Positions 18,257 to 27,090 of a stretch of 64,000 bases of DNA are shown here, one piece after another. The notes beneath the pieces are model-generated. The model had not been told where the DNA came from, did not search any database, and saw only the letters and a list, made by a program, of their open reading frames with translations. Source of the DNA: Fimbriiglobus sp. (lineage in GTDB: Bacteria; Planctomycetota; Planctomycetia; Gemmatales; Gemmataceae). Within the stretch, counting starts at the first letter, position 1. Each line of letters opens with the position of its first letter. Made by a program: the position numbers and the translations under genes. The stretch is taken from NCBI GenBank assembly GCA_043745465.1, contig JAYTSV010000207.1, positions 16,983 through 80,982 on the forward strand. Direction: 5' to 3'.

Positions 18257-18392
18257 ACAGGTTTGCTGACTCTCTGTCGTGCCGGCCGGCTGTCCGCCAG
18301 GTTTGCCGGCATGGCGTCCTGCTGGCTTGCTGTCGTGTCAACTTGCTGGCTTGCTGGCGGGCCGACACGACGGCCGGCTAGCCGGCTTACTG
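18257..18392. repeat. Longer degenerate 4-bp periodic array (centromere candidate)
   Basis: About 34 consecutive tetramers dominated by GCTG/GCCG/GCTT/GTTT, e.g. gctg gctt gctg tcgt gtca actt gctg gctt gctg gcgg gccg. Confidence 0.55.
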
Positions 18393-18596
18393 AGTTTCGC
18401 GGCGAAACTGGTCCTTAGCGGAGCTAAGGGAAGACGTCTGAAGATCATTCTCACTTGCATTCAGGAAACTCGCCGGCCCAACAGGCCCCTCAAACGGGGT
18501 CCGATGTCGGCTCGCGCCCACGCGTGCCGCGCTGCGAATGGGGCTCAGATCCAAGCGATTTGGAGATGCCCGGCCGCCGCCGCGAAGGGCCGGATG

Positions 18597-18980
18597 TCAG
18601 CGGATGAGTTCGACCGCCAGCCCGAGGTCGAGCTTGGCCCAGTCGCGGTCGCCCGTCAGCACCGGCAGCCGGCGGAGCATCCCCAGCGTCAGGCAGGCCC
18701 GGTCGGCGAGCGACAGGCCCAAGGGCCGGGTGGCGGGCAGCAGTGACGCGGACACGGCGGCCTGCACGGCGTCGAACGGGACCACGTCGAAGACGTGCCG
18801 GTCGACCCGCCGCTTCGCCTCCTCCAGCGACCCGCACAGCCGGGCGGCGCGGCCGAGCACCTCGGCGTAGTTCACCGCGGACACGCACGCCCCGGCCAGG
18901 CGGGGCGCGACGTGGTCGGCCCCCGGCTCGCCCAGGAGCACCGCGAGGACGGCCGAGGCGTCGAGGACGGACTCAGGCAC
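18597..18980 (-). CDS. vapC: VapC PIN-domain toxin
   Basis: VLDASAVLA...SAVNYAEV...LSLADRACL...VLTGDRDW PIN motifs. Confidence 0.92.
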   Translation of the reverse strand: MPESVLDASAVLAVLLGEPGADHVAPRLAGACVSAVNYAEVLGRAARLCGSLEEAKRRVDRHVFDVVPFDAVQAAVSASLLPATRPLGLSLADRACLTLGMLRRLPVLTGDRDWAKLDLGLAVELIR

Positions 18981-19254
18981 CCGCGGCGTCGGCCGCCTCG
19001 CGGGCCGCCTCGGCGCGGCGGTCGGCGATCAAGCCGTCGACGACGCCCTCGCCGGGGGTGAGGAACTGGCGGAAGTAGCCCTGGGTCTCGCGCAGCACCG
19101 CGTCGTAGCTGCGCACCAGCAGGCTGTCGCCGTCGGACTCGACGAGCAGGGGCTGGCCCGGCGCGAGGTTGAGCTGGCGGCGGGCGTCGGCGGGGATGGT
19201 GAGGCGGCCGTCGTCGCCGAGGGTCGCGGGGAAGCAGGTGGTGAGGTCGGACAT
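18973..19254 (-). CDS. vapB: VapB antitoxin, AbrB/MazE/SpoVT fold
   Basis: LGDDGRLTIPADARRQLNLAPGQPLLVESDGDSLLVR; overlaps the vapC start. Confidence 0.9.
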   Translation of the reverse strand: MSDLTTCFPATLGDDGRLTIPADARRQLNLAPGQPLLVESDGDSLLVRSYDAVLRETQGYFRQFLTPGEGVVDGLIADRRAEAAREAADAAGA

Positions 19255-19347
19255 GGTAGCTACCGGGGTTGTTGCAGGCTTCGGCCAGGGTGCCACGGGC
19301 CGCGGCTTCGGGCAACCCCTTTATGCGCCCGGCGGGGCCGCCCCGGC

Positions 19348-20611
19348 CAGGGCCATTCCTTGATTGATCTTGGCCGGGGTCGTGAGGTTGGGTACTCCGG
19401 GGACTTATTGTCCGCCGACTCCGGAGTGGTGCCATGACCTCCCCCAGCTTGCTCGAAGTCCTGGCCGACGTGCCCGACCCCCGGTCCCGGCACGGCCAGA
19501 TCCACCCCCTGCCCGCGGTCCTCGGGCTCGTCGTCCTCGCCATGCTCCTGGGCCGCACCAGCCTGACCGCCGTCAGCCGCTTCGGTCGCCAGCACGGCGC
19601 GCCCCTCGCCTGGGCCCTCGGGTTCCGACGCGGCAAGACGCCCACCGCGTCCACCCTCTCCCGGACGCTCCGACGCTTCGACGCCGGCGCACTCGAGGCC
19701 GCCTTCGCCCGCTGGATCGAGGGCCGGGTCGCCCACCGGCCGTTCGAGCGCATCTCGCTCGACGGCAAGACCTTGCACGGCAGCCGGGACGGCACCGTCC
19801 CCGGCGTCCACCTCGTCGCCGCCTACGCCCCGCACGTCGAGGCCGTCCTGCGCCAGGTCCGCGTCGATGCCAAGACGAACGAGCACAAGGCCGCCCCGGA
19901 ACTCCTCGGCCTCCTACCCGTGCGGGGCAAGGTCGTCGTCGGCGACGCGATGTTCTGCCAGCGCGACGTGGCCGAGGCGGTCGCCGACGCCGGCGGGGAT
20001 TACGTCCTGTTCGTCAAGGACAACCAGAAGGCGTTGAGGGCCGACATCGAGGCCGGCCTGACGTTCGAGGACTCCGCCCGCCGCCTCGCGGCGGCCGCCC
20101 CCCCCTGCGGACCGACCGCCCCTGTCGGCCGAGGCCGAGGCGCGGACGGCCAGTGAGGGCGACAAGGGCCACGGCCGGCGGGAGCGTCGGACGCTCCGGC
20201 TGACGCCGATCCCGACGGCCCACGGGCGGTGGAAGGGCTTGACGCAAGGGTTCCGGCTGACGCGGCAGCGGACGGTCGCGGGCGTGACGACCGTGCAGGT
20301 CGCGCACGGGATCACGACGCTCACGGGCGCGCGGGGCACGGCGAAGGCCCTGCTGAAGTTGACGCGGGACCACTGGGCGATCGAGAACGGCTTGCACCAC
20401 GTGCGGGACGTGACGCTCCGGGAGGACGCCTGCCGGGTGCGGAGCGGGAGCGCGCCGCAGGTGCTCGCGGTAGTCCGGAACGCGGTCGTCCACTTGCTGT
20501 CCGGGGTCGCGGCGAAGAGCCGACCGGAGGCCATCGAGTACCTGCAAATCCATCCCGACGAGGCCCGAAGCCTCATCGGCATCCCGCAGCCTCAATAAAG
20601 GAATGGCCCTG
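19348..20611 (+). mobile_element. ISAs1-family insertion sequence (1264 bp)
   Basis: 20-bp terminal IRs CAGGGCCATTCCTT(G/T)ATTGA (19348-19367 and 20592-20611, one mismatch). 10-bp target duplication CCGCCCCGGC (19338-19347 and 20612-20621). Confidence 0.92.
19434..20598 (+). pseudogene. ISAs1 transposase split by a +1 frame change near a C8 run (~20098-20105)
   Basis: ORF1 has DPR...HPL, ISLDGKT, KTNEH, DAMFCQ, VKDNQ. The +1 frame carries DKGHGRRE and HWAIENGLHHVRDVTLRED. Confidence 0.85.
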
Positions 20612-20718
20612 CCGCCCCGGCGAAAAACCGGCGCGCGGCGGGGCATGGAGGGGTGCCGTCGGGCGGCTCGGCCCGCGGCGTTAACGGATTCTCAACCAAT
20701 GCCCCGTAGGGTCGTCCC

Positions 20719-23376
20719 ATGCTCCGCGTCGTCCCCGCCCGCTCCGCCGCCCAGGCGAAGAGTTACTACAGCCACTCGGACTACTACACCGAGGACCAGG
20801 AGCTCGCGGGCGTGTGGCGCGGCCGGGCCGCCGACCGCCTCGGCCTCGCCGGCACCGTCGAGAAGCGCGACTTCGACGCCCTGTGCGACAACCGCCACCC
20901 GGCCACCGGAGAGCGGGTCACGGCGCGGGACCGCGCCGACCGCACCGTCGGTTACGATTTCAACTTCCACGCGCCGAAGTCGCTCTCGCTCCTGCACGCG
21001 CTGACCGGCGACGAGGCCGTACTCCGCGCCTTTCAGGACTCGGTCGATGGCGCCATGCGCTTGGTCGAGGCCGACATGGCGACCCGCGTCCGCAAGGGCA
21101 AGGTCTACGAGGACCGCGCGACGGGCGAGATGGCCTGGGCGAGGTTCGACCACCTGACCGCGCGGCCGGTCGGCGGGGTGCCGGACCCGCACCTGCACAG
21201 CCACTGCTTCGCGCCCAACATGACCTTCGACGCCGACGAGGGGCAGTGGAAGGCGGGGCAGTTCCGCCAACTCAAGCGCGACGCCCCGTACTACCAGGCC
21301 GCCTTCCACGCCTCGCTCGCCTCGCGGCTGACGGCCCTGGGCTACCCGGTCGGGAAGACCCCCGGCGGCTGGGAGGTGGCGGGGCTGGCCCGCTCGACGC
21401 TCGAGAAGTTCTCGCGGCGGACCGCCCGGATCGAGAAGCTCGCGGCCGAGAGGGGGGTCGCCGGCTCGCCCGAGGCCAAGGCCGCCCTGGGGGCGACGAC
21501 CCGCGAGGCGAAGGCCAAGAACCTGACCATGCGCGAGCTCCGACGGCACTGGGCCGACCGGCTCGACGCCGGCGAACGCGACGCCCTCGACGCCCTCGCG
21601 GCCCGGCCGGGGGGCGTGGGCACGCGGGCCGGGCTGGACGCCCCCGCGGCGCTCGGCTTCGCCTGCCGGCACCTGTTCGAGCGGGACTCGGTGGTGTGCG
21701 AGCGGCGGCTGGCCGCCGCGGCGCTCGACGCCGGCCTGGGGCGCTTCACCGCCGGGCAGGCCTTTGCGGCTATCGCCGAGTCGGGCGTGATCGTCCGCGA
21801 GGTGGGGGGCCGCCGGCTGGCCACGACCCGCGAAGTACTCGGCGAGGAGGCCCGCCAGGTCGCCTTCGCCCGCGGGGGCCGGGGCACCTGCGCGCCGCTG
21901 GGCCTCGGGCCGCACCAGTTCACGCGGGACTGGCTCAACGCCGGCCAGAAGGCGGCCGTCCGCCACGTCCTCGCGTCGCCCGACCGCGTCATGCTGGTCC
22001 GCGGCGCGGCCGGGACGGGCAAGACCTCGCTCATGCAGGAGGCCGCCGAGGCCATCGAGGAGCGCGGCAAGAAGGTGTTCGCCTTCGCGCCGTCGGCGGG
22101 TGCGAGCCGCGGCGTGCTGCGGTCGGAGGGTTTCGCCGGGGCCGACACGGTGGCCCGGCTGCTCGTCGACGTCAAACTTCAGGAGGAGGCGCGGGGGCAG
22201 GTGCTGTGGGTCGACGAGGCGGGACTCCTCGGCTCGAGGCAGACCGGCCGGCTGTTCGAGCTGGCGAAGGGTCTCGACTGCCGGGTGGTCCTGTCGGGCG
22301 ACCGCCGGCAGCACGGCGCGGTGGAGCGGGGGTCGGTCCTGCGGGTGCTGGAGTCGCAGGCGGGGCTGGTGGCCGCCGAGGTGCGTGAGGTGCAGCGGCA
22401 GACCGGGGCGTACAAGGCGGCGGTCGAGCGGCTCGCCGAGGGCCGGGCGGCCGAGGGGTTCGGCATGCTCGACGCGCTGGGCTGGGTGCGGGAGGCGGCC
22501 GACGCCGACCGCTACACGCTGCTGGCTGCGGACTACGCCGAAGCGACCGAGGCTGGCCGGTCGTGCCTGGTGGTGTCGCCCACGCACGCCGAGGGCTCCC
22601 TCGCCACGGCCGCCATCCGCGACGCCCTGCGGGCCGCCGGACGGCTCGACCGCGAGGAGCACACCGTCCCCCGGCTGACCCGGCTCGACCTGACCGAGGC
22701 GGAGCGCGGGGAGGCGGGGAGCTACCGCCCCGGCGACGTGCTCGAGTTCCACCAGAACGCCAAAGGGCACCGCATCGGCGAGCGGGTCCTCGTCAAAGAC
22801 AGTGAGACGCCGCCGGTGGAACACGCCGTGCGGTTCCAGGCCTTCCGGCCGGGCGAGTTGCGGCTCTCCGCCGGCGACCGGGTGCGGGTCACCAAGGGGG
22901 GCAGGACGACCGACGGCCACCGGCTGGAGACGGGGGCGGCGTTCGGCGTGGCGGGGTTCACGCCCGCTGGCGACGTGCGGCTCGACAACGGCTGGGTGGT
23001 GGCCAGGGACTTCGGGCACCTGGCGCACGGCTACGTGACGACCTCGCACGCCGCGCAGGGCAAGACCGTCGACCGGGTGCTGGTGGCCCAGTCGGCGGCG
23101 TCGCTGGGTGCCACGTCGCGCGAGCAGTTCTACGTGTCGGCGTCGCGGGGCCGCGAGCGGGTGACCGTCTACACCGACGACAAGGCGGCGCTGCGCGACG
23201 CGGTCACCCGCTCGGACGAGGGCATGGCGGCGACCGAGTTGGTGGCCGCCGGGGCCCGCCCGGACGCGCTGCGGCAGCGGCTGCGCCTCAACCGGGCGGC
23301 GGAGCGGCCCCGCGAAGAGTCCCGCGACGGGCGCGCCGCCGAGCGCGAGCGGAAGGAGGCGGGCCGTGGACGGTAG
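20719..23376 (+). CDS. MOBF (TrwC/TraI-like) relaxase with C-terminal RecD-like helicase
   Basis: N-terminal YY..YY tyrosines (KSYYSHSDYY), FHAPKS, HLTARP...DPHLHSHC HUH motif, helicase Walker A GAAGTGKT, VDEAG, HGYVTTSHAAQGKTVD. Confidence 0.95.
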   Translation: MLRVVPARSAAQAKSYYSHSDYYTEDQELAGVWRGRAADRLGLAGTVEKRDFDALCDNRHPATGERVTARDRADRTVGYDFNFHAPKSLSLLHALTGDEAVLRAFQDSVDGAMRLVEADMATRVRKGKVYEDRATGEMAWARFDHLTARPVGGVPDPHLHSHCFAPNMTFDADEGQWKAGQFRQLKRDAPYYQAAFHASLASRLTALGYPVGKTPGGWEVAGLARSTLEKFSRRTARIEKLAAERGVAGSPEAKAALGATTREAKAKNLTMRELRRHWADRLDAGERDALDALAARPGGVGTRAGLDAPAALGFACRHLFERDSVVCERRLAAAALDAGLGRFTAGQAFAAIAESGVIVREVGGRRLATTREVLGEEARQVAFARGGRGTCAPLGLGPHQFTRDWLNAGQKAAVRHVLASPDRVMLVRGAAGTGKTSLMQEAAEAIEERGKKVFAFAPSAGASRGVLRSEGFAGADTVARLLVDVKLQEEARGQVLWVDEAGLLGSRQTGRLFELAKGLDCRVVLSGDRRQHGAVERGSVLRVLESQAGLVAAEVREVQRQTGAYKAAVERLAEGRAAEGFGMLDALGWVREAADADRYTLLAADYAEATEAGRSCLVVSPTHAEGSLATAAIRDALRAAGRLDREEHTVPRLTRLDLTEAERGEAGSYRPGDVLEFHQNAKGHRIGERVLVKDSETPPVEHAVRFQAFRPGELRLSAGDRVRVTKGGRTTDGHRLETGAAFGVAGFTPAGDVRLDNGWVVARDFGHLAHGYVTTSHAAQGKTVDRVLVAQSAASLGATSREQFYVSASRGRERVTVYTDDKAALRDAVTRSDEGMAATELVAAGARPDALRQRLRLNRAAERPREESRDGRAAERERKEAGRGR

Positions 23377-23791
23377 CCCCAGCCTGGTGGACCGCATCGT
23401 CGCCCGGCGGCCGGCGGCCGCCCCCGCGACTGAGCCCGACGAGGACGCGGCCGACGACCTGGGGGCGTTCGGCTGCCTGCGGGGGCCGCGGGAGCGCGCC
23501 CTCATGATCGACTTCCGCCTGCTCACGGGAGAGCGGGTGGCGTTCCCCTACGCGACCCTGGACCGGGTGGCGTACGACCCGTCGGCGGGCGTCACGCTGC
23601 GGTTCGCGGGGGCCGAAGTGGTCCTCGAAGGGCGGAACCTGGCGTCGCCGAAGGCCGCGGGGCCGGGCCTGCTCGACGCGCTGCACCGGCACCGCGCCGC
23701 GTGGGTCCGCGAGGCGGACGGGCTGCGCGGCCAGCTCCTGCCGGCCGACGCGGCCGTGGTGACGCGGATCGAAATCCGCGAGTGCCGCTGA
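23366..23791 (+). CDS. Hypothetical protein coupled to the relaxase (141 aa)
   Basis: Overlaps the relaxase stop, host-like codon usage, globular-looking core (IDFRLLTGERVAFPY). Confidence 0.7.
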   Translation: MDGSPSLVDRIVARRPAAAPATEPDEDAADDLGAFGCLRGPRERALMIDFRLLTGERVAFPYATLDRVAYDPSAGVTLRFAGAEVVLEGRNLASPKAAGPGLLDALHRHRAAWVREADGLRGQLLPADAAVVTRIEIRECR

Positions 23792-23825
23792 CCCCCGGCG
23801 CGAGCGCCGGGGGCCGCGGGGGCGG

Positions 23826-24593
23826 CTACGGGGTCGCCCCGCCGGCGGGGCGGGTGAAGACGACGCAGGTGTCGTGCAGCCCGGGGATGAAGCTGCTCGC
23901 GTAGGCCTTGCGGCCGCTCGACGCACCGTGGCTGAAGCGGACGATGTCCGTGCACTCTTGTCGGAGGCCCGCCCGGAACGCCAGCACCTTGGTCCAGTGC
24001 ACCAGCGGCACGAACCCCTCGCGGCGGTCCGAGTAGTCGCCCATGAGCACCGCCAGCCGGCCGCCCGGCTCGAGGACCCGGGCGCAGTTGGCCAGGAACC
24101 GGCCGTAGCGGTCGAGGAAGTCGTCCAGGGTCGGCGACCGGGACAGGTCGCGGGGGTCGTCGGCGTACAGCTTCTGCCGCCAGTAGGGCGGGTGGGCCCA
24201 GACGAAGTCGAACGACCCGGCGGGCGGGAAGGCGGCCGGGTCGCAGGCGTCGAAGCCCCGGTGCACGTCCAGGGCGACGCAGGGGAGGGCGAGTTCCTGG
24301 CAGACGTCGGCGCAGGTGCCGCTGCCGGACATGGGGTCGAGGACGCGACGGGGTTGGAAGTAGAGCAGCAGGTCCTTGATGAGGTTGCCGCCGCAGTTGC
24401 CGGGGTAGCGGCGGTCGCCGTAGGCCCCGGCGTCGGGGTTGTGGTAGAGGCTCGTGAGGTGCGGCACCGGGCTGGCGGTTCGGGGGGCCCGCGGCAGGCG
24501 GGCGTAGACGTTGTCCGGGCCCGCCGGGGGCGGCCCGGCCGGTCGGGCCTGGCGGCGGGCGGCGTAGAAGGGGTTGGCGGGGGCGTGGGTCAT
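23826..24593 (-). CDS. Orphan amino-DNA methyltransferase (N4-C/N6-A type)
   Basis: SAM-binding VLDPMSGSGT and catalytic-like HPPY; no cognate restriction gene adjacent. Confidence 0.8.
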   Translation of the reverse strand: MTHAPANPFYAARRQARPAGPPPAGPDNVYARLPRAPRTASPVPHLTSLYHNPDAGAYGDRRYPGNCGGNLIKDLLLYFQPRRVLDPMSGSGTCADVCQELALPCVALDVHRGFDACDPAAFPPAGSFDFVWAHPPYWRQKLYADDPRDLSRSPTLDDFLDRYGRFLANCARVLEPGGRLAVLMGDYSDRREGFVPLVHWTKVLAFRAGLRQECTDIVRFSHGASSGRKAYASSFIPGLHDTCVVFTRPAGGATP

Positions 24594-24653
24594 GGGGTCG
24601 GCTCCTTTCGGTCGGTTGAGGGGGGCGAGCCTCTCGGCCCGCCCGGTCGGGGG

Positions 24654-24860
24654 TCAGTCCTTCTTGTCGGCGGCGACGCGGAGGCTGACGCGGCCGTCGA
24701 GGGGGACGGCGTCGAGCTGGACCGTGAAGCCCCTGCCGTCGGCGTGGGGCCAGGCGGACCCGACGCGGGTCCAGAGGCCCTTCAGCCCGTCGCGGTCGCG
24801 GACCTGGTAGGCGGCGTGGGTGGGGGCCTTCGGCGAGGCGTTCGTGCTGGTGTCGGACAT
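24654..24860 (-). CDS. Small conserved plasmid/ICE protein (68 aa), loosely DUF736-like
   Basis: WTRVGSAWPHADGRGFTVQLDAVPLDGRVSLR beta-rich motif; AGGAGA SD before ATG 24860. Confidence 0.65.
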   Translation of the reverse strand: MSDTSTNASPKAPTHAAYQVRDRDGLKGLWTRVGSAWPHADGRGFTVQLDAVPLDGRVSLRVAADKKD

Positions 24861-25192
24861 GGCGTGTTCTCCTTCTCTGTGTTCCCGGCCGCGACCACCG
24901 CGGCCTGATGGCACCGGAAAGAAAGCCGCTTGAGTCCGGGGCGCAGCGCACCGCTCCGGCGGAAAATTGGGGGCGACCTTCTTCAGGGGGAACCGATTTT
25001 CCGCTGGAACGGCCCGGCGGCGGCTTTACAGGTGACGTCGGAAGGCCGCGGGTCGGGGCGGGCGGCTGGGGAGGAGACGGCGGCTGCCGACGCGGAACGT
25101 TTTCGCGGTGCCCACGCGCGTCGGACAGCCGGGGGCGGCGGATTCGGGGTCAGGTTGCCCTGTGGCTCGTCGGGTTGCGGCCCGCGGGGGCG

Positions 25193-25801
25193 TCAGCGCG
25201 TGAAGCCGGCGGCCGGCTCGTCGCCCTGCTCGCGGAGCCAGTCTTCGCTCGCCGCCACGAGCTTGCCGGCCTCGACCGCGCCGGGGTGGGAGAGCCCGCC
25301 GCGGGCGGCCAGGTGCCGCACCGCCTCCATCCACCCCCGCTCCCGCATGACCGATTCGAGCTCGGCGGCGTCGACGGCCGGGTACTCGCTCAGGGCCCCC
25401 AGGTGGCGGTCGATCCGCCGTGCGAGGGGGCACGGGGCCGGCCCGTCGCACGGGTGAAGAGTGTTGTCCCGCCCCGCACCGGCTGAACGCTCACGCTCGG
25501 CGTCGCGGACGGCGTCGAGGACCTGCCGCTCGGTGAGCTCCCACCCCTCGGCCGGCAGGGCCGCCACGAGGCGGGCCTTGAGCCGCTGGTAGGCGGCCCG
25601 CGCCCGGTCGTCGTCGCCGGTGGCGTCGGCGGCCAGGGCCAGGGCGAGTTGGGCGGGCCCGCTGCCGGCGAATCCCCAGGAGAACCCGGCAGGGCTATGG
25701 TCCCGCAGGTCGCGGCGCGGGTCCAGGCCGCGGCAGCCGCCCTCGTCCTCCACCGTCACCGCGCTGCCGTGGTCCGTGACCGCCCCTCGATACCGCTTCA
25801 T
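25193..25801 (-). CDS. DUF6166-like domain protein
   Basis: HSPAGFSWGFAGSGPAQLALALAAD signature in the N-terminal half. Confidence 0.7.
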   Translation of the reverse strand: MKRYRGAVTDHGSAVTVEDEGGCRGLDPRRDLRDHSPAGFSWGFAGSGPAQLALALAADATGDDDRARAAYQRLKARLVAALPAEGWELTERQVLDAVRDAERERSAGAGRDNTLHPCDGPAPCPLARRIDRHLGALSEYPAVDAAELESVMRERGWMEAVRHLAARGGLSHPGAVEAGKLVAASEDWLREQGDEPAAGFTR

Positions 25802-25897
25802 GAGTACCCCATTCGTTCGCTGTTTCGCCACGACGGGTGCCACGGATCGGCGGGGCTGTCAAGCGCTCGCCACTGGCCCGCCAGGGGCCGCGGCGGC

Positions 25898-25933
25898 AAA
25901 GAAAACCCCGCCGACCTTTCGGTGGGCGGGGTT
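25898..25933 (-). terminator. Rho-independent terminator after the GP88-like gene
   Basis: Minus strand AACCCCGCC-CACCGAAAGGTC-GGCGGGGTT followed by TTCTTT. Confidence 0.7.
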
Positions 25934-25942
25934 CCAGTTCGG

Positions 25943-26596
25943 TCACTCCCAGCAGCGCCGGCAGCTCCCGCAGTTGACGTCGTCCGCGCGGCCCCTCGGG
26001 GTCTCGTGCGGGCAGACCAGGTCGAGGCCCACGCGCTTCGCCCTCAAGCCGCGCACCCGGAACACCAAGTCAGCCGGCTGCGCGTCGTCCGACTCGTCCA
26101 CCCGCAGGTAGGCCAGGCGGACCCCAGGCGGCACGGTCGGCGGCGTCCCGGTCTCGGAGTCGACGCTGTACCAGGCGCGGACGCACTTGAGTGCCGCCAT
26201 CCGCCCCAGCACCTCGGCGATGTCGGGCTGACGCCACGAGCGCGAGTAGAAGTAGTAGCGGGCCTTCGGCTGCTTGCGCATCACCCACAGCCACTTCTCC
26301 GCGTACTCGGCGTCGTAGAAGTCGCCGGCCGAGTGGACCCGCACGACCAGACACCCCTTCCTCCGCACCTCCCTCGCCATCGCGTCGGCGAAGTCGGGCC
26401 GGCGGCTCCGCTCCAGGTTCCACGTCAGTCGCGCGCGGACGGTCGGAAGCCGGAACCTCCCCTTCCGCGCGTAGCACACCCCTTCGCAGAGCGAACTCAT
26501 CCCCGGGCAGGTCTCCACTGCTGGCAAGCCCCACAGGTGAATCCCTTCCCCGACTTTCGCATTCCCTTGCGAAAGTAGTCCACGTATAGTTCCCAT
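25943..26596 (-). CDS. Phage GP88-like Cys-rich protein (possible Fe-S enzyme)
   Basis: LLSQGNAK...LPAVETCPGMSSLCEGVCYA (Cx6Cx3C), VRVHSAGDFY, YFYSRSW, C-terminal CPHE...CGSCRRCW; AGGAG SD. Confidence 0.7.
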   Translation of the reverse strand: MGTIRGLLSQGNAKVGEGIHLWGLPAVETCPGMSSLCEGVCYARKGRFRLPTVRARLTWNLERSRRPDFADAMAREVRRKGCLVVRVHSAGDFYDAEYAEKWLWVMRKQPKARYYFYSRSWRQPDIAEVLGRMAALKCVRAWYSVDSETGTPPTVPPGVRLAYLRVDESDDAQPADLVFRVRGLRAKRVGLDLVCPHETPRGRADDVNCGSCRRCWE

Positions 26597-26625
26597 CGCG
26601 ATCGTCTCCTAACAGACGAAAGCCG

Positions 26626-26658
26626 GCGGGCCGGGGTGCTACTAACACCTCGGCCCGC
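26626..26658. other. Stem-loop in the leader of the GP88-like gene
   Basis: GCGGGCCG-GGGTG-CTACTAA-CACCT-CGGCCCGC, ~30 nt upstream of the start codon on the minus strand, no U-tract. Confidence 0.45.
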
Positions 26659-27090
26659 GCTCGTAATGGCGCGCCGCGAGACACTCTCACAGCTCAACAC
26701 GCGTAACCGACCCCTTCGATTGCTCAGAGGGGTCGGTAAACGACGCGGACCGTAGCAGAGGGAGAGGCATGCGCAAGGGGATTCGCGCGGTAGCCGGGGG
26801 AGGGGGCGTGAAGGGTGCCGCAGTCGGGCAGCGGGAGTCGGCGGGCGTGCCGAGAGCGCGGGCGACCGGCGCAACCTGCCTGGCCGGCTGCAGGTTTTCC
26901 TCAGCAATGTGAATACGTGACGCTAGTGATTCGAGGCAGTCGCGTTGGGGCGGATGTGGTCCCTGTTCGTGACAGGTAATCTTACTTCGCTTCGGTCGGG
27001 CCGCAGGACCGGGGACCCGCCCGATTGCCCCGCCCCGTGCAGGGGCGGACGTGGCGGCGTCCACTCCCCCTGCGGCTCCGTAGTGCTGAG

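Noticed and set aside
20692-23526. Long antisense ORFs (944 aa here; also 1324-2910 +, 61436-63676 +, 48235-49776 +, 49819-51534 +)
   Set aside because: Arg/Pro/Gly-rich shadow frames opposite well-supported genes, expected in high-GC DNA.
26490-26530. GP88-like protein as a canonical radical-SAM enzyme
   Set aside because: Cysteine spacing is Cx6Cx3C, not CxxxCxxC; kept only as a possible Fe-S protein.
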